Under the pieces are notes generated by a model that searched no databases, was not told the DNA's origin, and saw nothing but the letters and a program-made list of their open reading frames with translations. Positions 6,876 through 14,079 of a stretch of 27,638 bases of DNA are shown in pieces. Every line of letters starts with the position of its first letter. The stretch's first letter is position 1. Position numbers and translations under genes: made by a program. The DNA lies in assembly GCA_009786275.1 (NCBI GenBank), contig WQTL01000516.1, forward strand, positions 1 to 27,638. Direction: 5' to 3'. The stretch is from Bacillota bacterium (GTDB lineage Bacteria; Bacillota; Clostridia; Oscillospirales; Acutalibacteraceae).

Positions 6876-8672
6876 TTGCGGAATATGCCTGAAATGATTG
6901 TCATGGAGCAGGAAGAGGCGTATATATTTACCGACCTGCAGACCAAGCAGATGCGCGTCGCCGCCTACTGCAGGGTAAGCACGGATCACGAAGAACAAAA
7001 GACCAGTTTTCAATTGCAGACGGAATATTATCGCGAATACGTGTCAAATCACTCCCACTGGTCGCTGGTAGATGTATACGCGGACGAAGGGTTCTCGGCG
7101 ACGAATACCAAGCACCGTGACGGCTTTAACCGCATGATCCAGGATTGCGAGCGAGGCAAAGTCGACCTTATCATTTGCAAAAATGTATCGCGCTTTTCGA
7201 GGAATGTGCTGGATTGTCTCGGTACCGCAAAAAAATTGGCGGAGCTGCGCCACCCGGTTGGCATTTTCTTCGAGGAACAGAACATCAATACCCTCAATCG
7301 AGAAAGCCGCTTGATGCTGCACTTTCTCTCCACATTGGCGGAGTGGGAAAGCCAGGCGAAAAGCGAATCAATGGAGTGGTCCATTGTACGGCGCTTCAAG
7401 GACAGGAAATTCCTTACGCCCGCCAACTATTTGTTGGGCTACGACCGCGACGCCAATAAAAAGCTCATCATCGAAGAAAACGGCGCGAATACTGTCCGCG
7501 CGATTTATAAGGCTTTTCTGGCGGGATATTCCCTTAAGGACATCGCTTTTGTGCTGAGCGATTATGGGCGCCCTACGGGGAAAGGCAACACGGTCTGGGG
7601 CGCCGAGAGTGTCCGCCGCATCTTGCTGAATGAGCGCTACAGCGGCGGAGTTTATACACGCAAAACCTACACAAAAGATCCCTTGGACCACAAAAAAGCG
7701 AAAAACTACGGCGCGAAGGACAGCATATATCAGCGCCAACACCATCCCGCTATTGTGACGGAATCGGAGTATCTGCAAGCGCTCAAATTGTTGAAATCCC
7801 AGCGCGGCTCTCCTTACTACAACCCTTACTATACTGTCCGGGTGATCCGGGAAGGCCTGTTGGCGGGTTTTATTCCAATGTGCCCTGTATTCGGGTTTTA
7901 TCAGCCCAAACACTATGTGGGCGCGTTGGAAGCGGCGCAGATCGAACTGCCGCTCATACGCGGCGAGACCGTGGACGTGAAAAACGCCGCCATTACCCGC
8001 ATCCAGGAGTTTTCCCACTCCAACATCGCGTCTTTGACTGTTTCGCCCAGCCACCTTTCCTTTAACACCGAGTGCGTGGGGCTGCTCGGCGAAGTGAAAC
8101 ACGTTGAGCTGCTGTTCCATCCCAAGGAGCGTATCCTGGCGGTCCGGGCAGCAACGGCGGACAACCATAACGCTCTGCTCTGGCGAAACAAGCCCATCGG
8201 CGCGAAGCAGCTGGGGAATCTGCTCTATGCTTTTTGCGGCTGGAACGAACCTTGCCGTTACAAAATTATGGCGGACAGCTATTGCCGCGGGGACGAAAAG
8301 GTGCTGATGTTCGACCTTGAGGGTGCGGAATTCTTTATCCAAAGCCGCGTTGAGCAGAAAATAACGAACCAGTCCGGTACAGCGGTCAGCGTGTGGGCAA
8401 AAATTACGCGGCTCTTGCAGCCTGAGGATTGGGAGCAAAATTTTGGCAAAACCTGCAAGACCCACGCCGCATCGGGCAGGCGGTGGCTTGCGCAGTCCTT
8501 AGACGATTGGTTCATATACGCGCAGGCTGAGGAAGTTCCCGGTTTTGACGGCTATTCGCCCGAAGCACACGCGCCCATGGAAGATTGGCTGAAGGAGTCA
8601 TTTGAGGAAGGGTATATCGACGCCCTCAATCAGAATTTTTACAACCCGGAGGTAATCGAAAATGTCCAATGA
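6876..8672 (+). CDS. Large serine recombinase with an atypical C-terminal domain
   Basis: YCRVS (catalytic Ser35), YADEG, SRFSRN, and a recombinase domain (GYD...ILLNERYSG...HHPAIV). No CxxC zinc ribbon. TTG start with RBS GGAGGTGA. Confidence 0.9.
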   Translation: MRNMPEMIVMEQEEAYIFTDLQTKQMRVAAYCRVSTDHEEQKTSFQLQTEYYREYVSNHSHWSLVDVYADEGFSATNTKHRDGFNRMIQDCERGKVDLIICKNVSRFSRNVLDCLGTAKKLAELRHPVGIFFEEQNINTLNRESRLMLHFLSTLAEWESQAKSESMEWSIVRRFKDRKFLTPANYLLGYDRDANKKLIIEENGANTVRAIYKAFLAGYSLKDIAFVLSDYGRPTGKGNTVWGAESVRRILLNERYSGGVYTRKTYTKDPLDHKKAKNYGAKDSIYQRQHHPAIVTESEYLQALKLLKSQRGSPYYNPYYTVRVIREGLLAGFIPMCPVFGFYQPKHYVGALEAAQIELPLIRGETVDVKNAAITRIQEFSHSNIASLTVSPSHLSFNTECVGLLGEVKHVELLFHPKERILAVRAATADNHNALLWRNKPIGAKQLGNLLYAFCGWNEPCRYKIMADSYCRGDEKVLMFDLEGAEFFIQSRVEQKITNQSGTAVSVWAKITRLLQPEDWEQNFGKTCKTHAASGRRWLAQSLDDWFIYAQAEEVPGFDGYSPEAHAPMEDWLKESFEEGYIDALNQNFYNPEVIENVQ

Positions 8673-9372
8673 TGTCTACGCGCTCAGCAAAAACAAGGGG
8701 ATATCCAGCCTGGATGAACTGAGCAATCTCGAGGTTGTGAGGACTGAGAATTTGTCGTCAGCCCTTCGCCCCAAGGTCATCATCAATTATGAAAGCATCT
8801 CTTTCAACAGAGCCTGCGTCCTCCTGTTCCCCAACACCCAATATGTCAACATTCTCATTGACCGCGTCAAATTCCGCATTATTGTACTGCCCGCCCACCA
8901 ATATGCCAAGGATGCCCTGAGATGGTGCAATATCTGCGACGGCGAGGTGCGCAAGCGTGACTGTTCGGCAAAGAAGTTCGGCGAGAAGATGTACGATATG
9001 ATGCAGTGGATCAAAGAAAACCGCTATCGCGTGATTGCCTACTACCAGGAAGTAGACGGCGTGAGATTGTTGGTTTTCAACTTGCGGGAGTGTGAGATGG
9101 TTGTACCGGAGTATGTTACGCTGCCCAACGGAAAAACCGTCAAACGCGGCCGTGTCATTTTACCGGACGACTGGACCGGGTTCGGGATGCCCCGCGAAGA
9201 ACATGAAAAGGCCAACGACGTGGAGCTCGACGCGCACTATTCCCTGACAGAGCGAGACAGGGAAGTGACCATCAGCGAGGTTCAGGTTACGGGCGCGATC
9301 CCGACGGAAAAGGAAGTCGTCCAGTCCCACTACAAAGAAGAACCAAGAGAGGATGTGTTTGCCAATGCTTAA
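8662..9372 (+). CDS. Uncharacterised recombinase-associated protein, paralog of the LSR C-terminal domain
   Basis: ISFNRACVLLFPNTQYVNILID...W...RYRV...LLVFNL aligns with LSR LSFNTECVGLLGEVKHVELLFH...W...RYKI...VLMFDL. RBS GGAGG; overlaps the LSR stop. Confidence 0.8.
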   Translation: MSNDVYALSKNKGISSLDELSNLEVVRTENLSSALRPKVIINYESISFNRACVLLFPNTQYVNILIDRVKFRIIVLPAHQYAKDALRWCNICDGEVRKRDCSAKKFGEKMYDMMQWIKENRYRVIAYYQEVDGVRLLVFNLRECEMVVPEYVTLPNGKTVKRGRVILPDDWTGFGMPREEHEKANDVELDAHYSLTERDREVTISEVQVTGAIPTEKEVVQSHYKEEPREDVFANA

Positions 9373-9757
9373 CCATGAAATCAAAGCGGCTGAGAAGCCG
9401 ATAATAAAATTTGAAACACGGAAGTATAGCATGTCGCTCTCTCCTGAGACCGTGCTGTGCGTTGGGCAGCCGCGCCATGTTGTTTTTTACTATGACAGAG
9501 AGCGGCAGGTATTGATAATGGAGGGGACAGACGTGGCGACGCGGTACTCAACCAAATTGCCGCCGCTGAGCAAAACAGACCGGTTCAAACCATCGCAAAT
9601 GTATATGCCCGGGGTTGTACGTATTTTTGCTGACCAACTTGGTTGGGAGATAAATAAATGCTACGAGATTGAGGGTATATATTACAGCGAGAGCCGAATC
9701 GCGACCTTCGAATTGTCCGGCGCGAAAGAGAGCGGAGGCTGGGAAAATGCATTGTGA
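9365..9757 (+). CDS. Uncharacterised protein, second stand-alone paralog (AbrB-like pattern)
   Basis: MSLSPETVLCVGQPRHVVFYYDRERQVLIMEG...GWEINKCYEIEGIY...IATFEL. ATG 9365 overlaps the upstream stop. Confidence 0.7.
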   Translation: MLNHEIKAAEKPIIKFETRKYSMSLSPETVLCVGQPRHVVFYYDRERQVLIMEGTDVATRYSTKLPPLSKTDRFKPSQMYMPGVVRIFADQLGWEINKCYEIEGIYYSESRIATFELSGAKESGGWENAL

Positions 9758-10048
9758 CCCGCAGCCCCCTTTGCTTATTTCTGCGTATTTTGGAAAGCAT
9801 GTTCCTTTTTTTCGCTTGACAAGCGGCGGTTCTTTCGCTATCAACAAAGCCACGCTAAGCATTCTCGGCAGCCCGCAAAATATTCTTTTTTGGTATAGCA
9901 AGCAGCACAATGCACTTTTGCTGACGGCAGTTGAACAGCCGACCGCGTTGTCATTTCCCGTCCCGGATTACCGCTACAACTCGAGGCAATAGCAATAGCA
10001 TTCCCGCTTAACAGTGCCATGATTGAGGAGGTATCTCTAAATGTCTGA
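9747..10048 (+). pseudogene. Third paralog, with an internal deletion/frameshift near 9986
   Basis: FAINKATLSILGSPQNILFWYSKQHNALLLTA stops at 9992. The family C-terminal motif AIAFPLNSAMIEEVSLNV* resumes in another frame (9986-10048), where GCAATA is duplicated. Confidence 0.6.
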
Positions 10049-10412
10049 ACATCCAAAAAACCAAAACCTGCCCGCTGTTTTGCGCATGAAACGCGGTTGG
10101 GAGCTTACAATAAGCCGTGCCGCATTGGAACCCTTAGGGAATCCCGGTTATGTGCGATTTTTGTGGAGCGCGCAACAGCGTGTGTTGCTCATAGAAGCGG
10201 CGGATGCCGATACGCCGCAATCACTGCGGGTGGGCGCTCCAAAAGGCGGGAGCATAGTGTTCCGCAACCATAGTTTTCTCGACGCCATTTTGAAACTGAC
10301 CCAATGGAATCGCGACAGTATCTATACGGTGCAGGGCGAGTACCTGCCGAAGCTAAACATGGTGGCGTTTGAAACCCAAAATGTGATTCAGGAGGAGCCG
10401 AGCAATGCGTGA
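10041..10412 (+). CDS. Uncharacterised protein, fourth stand-alone paralog
   Basis: LTISRAALEPLGNPGYVRFLWSAQQRVLLIEA...QWNRDSIYTVQGEY...MVAFET; RBS GAGGAGG. Confidence 0.75.
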   Translation: MSEHPKNQNLPAVLRMKRGWELTISRAALEPLGNPGYVRFLWSAQQRVLLIEAADADTPQSLRVGAPKGGSIVFRNHSFLDAILKLTQWNRDSIYTVQGEYLPKLNMVAFETQNVIQEEPSNA

Positions 10413-10860
10413 TACTCCAAAGAAAGTAGCCGCCTACATTCGCGTAGGTGCGAGCGAAGCCTTCAAACCCGTTTTGGAAGCGGAAAGGGAGAAGTTTGAG
10501 AAGAGCATCAGAAACCACGAAACATGGGAGTTTGCGGGCTGTTACGCCGACGCAGGTCCCGCATCGCTGGAAAGCCCCGAACTGCAGAGGTTGATGGAGG
10601 ATTGCCGGGCGGGCAGAATTGACATTGTCATCACAAAAGGCACATCGAGAATGTCAAAGAATCTTGCAGACATCATCAAAATCTCCATGGAGCTTATGCT
10701 GCTTGAACCGCCTGTCGGCATTGTATTTATGGAAGAAAACTGCTTCACTCTACAGAGCAACGAAATCTTTTGCCTCGGCGGCTTTGCGGCCATTGAAGCG
10801 GAACAGATGGATCGGCGCAAGGGACTGAACAACCCCGATGGAGGCGATGACGACGAGTAA
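10405..10860 (+). CDS. Stand-alone resolvase-domain protein lacking the catalytic Ser
   Basis: KVAAYIRVG (Gly at the Ser position), YAD, GRIDIVITKGTSRMSKN and PPVGIVFMEEN parallel the LSR N-domain. There is no DNA-binding domain. Confidence 0.8.
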   Translation: MRDTPKKVAAYIRVGASEAFKPVLEAEREKFEKSIRNHETWEFAGCYADAGPASLESPELQRLMEDCRAGRIDIVITKGTSRMSKNLADIIKISMELMLLEPPVGIVFMEENCFTLQSNEIFCLGGFAAIEAEQMDRRKGLNNPDGGDDDE

Positions 10861-11562
10861 GACGAAAGTAGCCGTGTATATTCGTATGGATGCAGGAAGC
10901 GGGGATGAGGTAGGCCTTGTCTTTTTCGGAGCGGATCGCTTCGGTGAACTTCGCCCGACCCCGCCGGGCGAACTCGGTCACCCGTTGCTCCTCGAATTCC
11001 CGTTTGAGCAACCCCACCTCCAGCACGTCGCGCCCGATGCGGCTTTGGTCTTTGATGATCACCGTGGCCACCATGTCCTGACGGACGAGGTCCAGCAGGC
11101 GGTTGAGCTCGGGCCTCGAAAATACCGTGCCCGAAACCCCGTCGTCAGGAAAATGCTCGCAGTTTTTGAAGCCGTTGTCCTTCGCATATTTTTCGAGCAT
11201 CTGCTTCTGGTTCGCGATGGACATGGACTCGCCCTGGAGCAGGTCATACGCGTACCAAACAAGGGCTAAAAAAGGACGCACACTGTTTGGGCAACAGGAA
11301 CGACCTATTCCCTCACGCGCAGGAAGGTAAATTCGACCTGCTCATTGCGTCCAGGCTTTCAGACTTCGATGCGAACCTGGAAACTTGCACGGACACAATT
11401 TGGGAGCTTTTGCTTGCGCGCCCACCGGTCGGGATCCATATTGAATCGCTCAACTTTTTCTCCCTGATGCCAAATGCCCTGCGGTATATGAAATATCTAC
11501 AGGAAATGCGGTTTCAAAACGAGGAATCTAAGCAGTGCGGCGGCGTGCTATGGGAGCTGTAA
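10847..11562 (+). pseudogene. Second degenerate resolvase-domain gene, interrupted by inverted foreign DNA
   Basis: The 5' part reads MTTSKTKVAVYIRMD (10847 to ~10910). The 3' part reads QEGKFDLLIASRLSDF...RPPVGIHIESLNFFSL (~11246-11562). The middle is antisense foreign sequence. Confidence 0.6.
10979..11245 (-). pseudogene. Fragment of a different (TnpX/TndX-like) serine recombinase catalytic domain
   Basis: DLLQGESMSIANQKQMLEKYAKDNGF...DDGVSGTVFSRPEL...IIKDQSRIGRD. It lacks the upstream RLS motif and everything after EEQRV. Confidence 0.75.
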
Positions 11563-11585
11563 CGCAGGGAATTCTATGAACAAGC

Positions 11586-11716
11586 TCAGATCGCCCAAAC
11601 CGGCACGATCACCGTGCCCCGGTCGAGCGCTGAAAGCTCTTTCTTTGTGCAAACGACGGCCCCATTCCCCTGGGCATACCCGCTTTGTCCAGAACCTTGA
11701 ACGCGCCCGCGAGCTC
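11586..11716 (-). pseudogene. C-terminal fragment of a DUF4143-type AAA ATPase with a frameshift
   Basis: Joining two frames at a G run gives ELAGAFKVLDKAGMPRG(N)GAVVCTKKELSALDRGTVIVPVWAI*, which resembles DUF4143 C-termini. Confidence 0.5.
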
Positions 11717-11775
11717 CGTCTGTGGCGAGGCAGGCTGGCGCCGGTTTCGAGAGGAAAGTCAAGCGGATTTTTCTT

Positions 11776-11995
11776 TCAATCCCACCAATCCAACATATTC
11801 TGTTCCATGAGCTCGCCAAGCCGCTTCAGGTCGGCCTGCTCGTCATTGGACGCTGCTTCATATGCTTCATGCATTTCCCGGTCATAGCTGTCTGGCGTGA
11901 GGTGTTCAAATCCGACAGAGCCGTCTTCATAGGTCGTCTTTCTGTACGGGTACTTCCCCCATTTTTGCTCTACCGACTTACGGCGAAGCAGTTCC
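11776..11995 (-). pseudogene. C-terminal fragment of a hypothetical protein
   Basis: WGKYPYRKTTYEDGSVGFE...LKRLGELMEQNMLDWWD* looks coding. No RBS-backed start was found. Confidence 0.3.
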
Positions 11996-12158
11996 TGTCG
12001 ATCTTTGGGCAGAGCGACTACAGCCGGGACGATAAACATCTCCTTTTCGCCTTGATCGACAAATTTCTGGCCTAGCGAACAGCCGTCAGCCATAATGGGT
12101 CAACCTCCAGAGGGGTTTGGCTCATTTATTTTTCCGAACAAAATGGAGGAGGCAGATT

Positions 12159-12626
12159 ATGCGTATCCCCAGCGCCCTTGCCGTCACGCTTGACGCGTGC
12201 TGGCAGCAAGCCGATTCCATGGTGGAGGACATTTTCACCATGGTGTCTCTGCACTCTCCGCCCGCGAACGCCAAAACGCTCCTGGATCGCTGGAGCACGG
12301 ACGGAGAGTGCGAAATCGAGTTCAGCGACGGCCCGCTTCTGGACAGAGGCCCTCCTTACGCGATCCTTGAGGCGAGCCGAGAGCCCCGGCGTATCCTGAT
12401 AAGGCGCAACCAGCGACGAACCCGGTGGCTGGATGAGTCCAGCCCGCAGGCGAACCTGTGGTATGCGGAAATCCTCGGCTATCTCTCGCTTGGATTCCTG
12501 TTCTTGCGCAACTACACAATGAACTGTTCCATAGTAGTTCATACTAACTCGGATGAAATAGAAAATAGTCCTTGCAATTCAATGAAGGATATGGTAATAT
12601 TAATTCAAGCCGCGACGCCGCGATAA
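12159..12626 (+). CDS. Hypothetical protein, possibly a degenerate ImmA/IrrE-like protein
   Basis: Strong RBS GGAGGAGG before ATG 12159. RILIRR...WYAEILGY resembles ..AHELGH without the His residues. The last ~40 codons read through the AT-rich BREX promoter. Confidence 0.4.
   Translation: MRIPSALAVTLDACWQQADSMVEDIFTMVSLHSPPANAKTLLDRWSTDGECEIEFSDGPLLDRGPPYAILEASREPRRILIRRNQRRTRWLDESSPQANLWYAEILGYLSLGFLFLRNYTMNCSIVVHTNSDEIENSPCNSMKDMVILIQAATPR
12572..12600 (+). promoter_or_regulatory. Sigma-A promoter of the HTH-BREX operon
   Basis: TTGCAA (12572-12577), 17-nt spacer ending in TGG, TAATAT (12595-12600), ~42 nt before ATG 12643. Confidence 0.6.
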
Positions 12627-12642
12627 ATTGGAGGTGAGTCAA

Positions 12643-12834
12643 ATGCCAAACGAGCCTGAAAAGTGGTCAAGCCTTGAAGAAATAGCCGAGCATCTCGGCG
12701 TTAGCAAGGATACGATTCGCAGTTGGATTAAAAAAGGAGTCATACCGCACCGCCGGATAGGCAAGCAATTCAAGTTTCGGATTTCGGAAGTGGATGAATG
12801 GGTTGACAGTGGCAAAAGCGCCGAAATAGAATGA
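12643..12834 (+). CDS. Small excisionase/MerR-like HTH DNA-binding protein
   Basis: WSSLEEIAEHLGVSKDTIRSWIKKGVIPHRRIGKQFKFRISEVDEW; RBS GGAGGTGA. Confidence 0.85.
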   Translation: MPNEPEKWSSLEEIAEHLGVSKDTIRSWIKKGVIPHRRIGKQFKFRISEVDEWVDSGKSAEIE

Positions 12835-12867
12835 GCCGCCAACGATAGTGTTTGTTAGGGCGGCAAT

Positions 12868-13491
12868 ATGAGGGTGGCTACTTTTATGGATATGTTGATG
12901 CCGTACAACGGTTCCCTAACCGCTGAACAGTTTCTCTACTACGAGATGAGGATTGTTGCGGTGCGGTATCTGGAAGGCAAAACTGTGGAGGAAATCATTG
13001 AGGATGTCAAGCGGGACAATCTTTTTCAGTACCCAACGGAGCGCATGATAAACAGATTGGCCCGCGCCTGCTATCGGAGAATCGCCGCGCTGGACAACGA
13101 GAAGCTGGTTTACGAGGTGGCAAACGCACCGGCAGAGACGGGCAAGCAGATTAACCTCTACGCTATGATGCGGTATAACCAACTTGCACGAGAGTTTATG
13201 GAAGGGCTTGTGGGCGTGAAATACCGTCAGCAGGACTTCTCCTTTACCAAAAAAGACATTCATATGTTCTTTCATCGCTTGCGGGAGCAAAACGATGATG
13301 TGGCGGCCTGGAGCGAACAAACCGTCACGAAGCTGAAACAGGTGCTGACGAAGTGCCTCATTGAAACGGAGATGCTCGACAGTGTGAGAGATACCACGCT
13401 CAAGCCCATCTTCATCAGCGCGGAACTGGAAACGGGGATCCGGGAAAACAACGACTTGGGCGCGCTTGCCGCGTTCAACTGTTTTAAGTAG
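12868..13491 (+). CDS. brxA: BREX protein BrxA (DUF1819); start may be 12886-12898
   Basis: PYNGSLTAEQFLYYEMR, NLFQYPTE, KQINLYAM and WSEQTVTKLKQ; first gene of the BREX core. Confidence 0.9.
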   Translation: MRVATFMDMLMPYNGSLTAEQFLYYEMRIVAVRYLEGKTVEEIIEDVKRDNLFQYPTERMINRLARACYRRIAALDNEKLVYEVANAPAETGKQINLYAMMRYNQLAREFMEGLVGVKYRQQDFSFTKKDIHMFFHRLREQNDDVAAWSEQTVTKLKQVLTKCLIETEMLDSVRDTTLKPIFISAELETGIRENNDLGALAAFNCFK

Positions 13492-13501
13492 GAGTTTGCG
13501 T

Positions 13502-14059
13502 ATGGCCGGCATTAAACAGGAGCTTGATGAGATCAAAGGGCGCATTTCAAATGCTGCCTTCCTTGCCAACAAGGGGATTTCCAATGAGGTAGGAATCCAC
13601 GTCTTTAAATACGCCCCCCGGCACGAGCTCATCGTGCGGGACTATATCCAGCGGCTGGCGTCCGCACCGTCCGATATTTATCACGTCATTGAGCGGGATA
13701 TGTATAAAATCCTGCTTGCTATTCTGGAGGAAAAGCGCGTCCTCGGCGCGGCGCCCTCTTTGGAGGAGAAGAAGGGCAAGGAGTATCTGCTGGCCCAACT
13801 CCAGAAGGTTGCCACGCCGGAAGCCTTCCTCGCAAAAATGAAATACGAACCGCACCAGCGCGGAGATATCCTCTTTTTAACAGGCGTCGGCAAGGTTTAT
13901 CCGTTTATGCGGTCACACAAAATGCTCGACAGTATGCAACAGGCGTTCTCGGACATACCGATTGTGATGTTCTATCCAGGGGAATTCAATGGGCAAAGCC
14001 TGATTCTTTTTGATAAATTCCACGACGGGAATTATTATCGCGCATTCAACTTGCTTTAA
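13502..14059 (+). CDS. brxB: BREX protein BrxB (DUF1788)
   Basis: FLTGVGKVYPFMRSHKML...FYPGEFNGQSL...NYYRAFNL; RBS AGGAG. Confidence 0.92.
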   Translation: MAGIKQELDEIKGRISNAAFLANKGISNEVGIHVFKYAPRHELIVRDYIQRLASAPSDIYHVIERDMYKILLAILEEKRVLGAAPSLEEKKGKEYLLAQLQKVATPEAFLAKMKYEPHQRGDILFLTGVGKVYPFMRSHKMLDSMQQAFSDIPIVMFYPGEFNGQSLILFDKFHDGNYYRAFNLL

Positions 14060-14079
14060 TTTTTTGCGGAGGTTTTACA

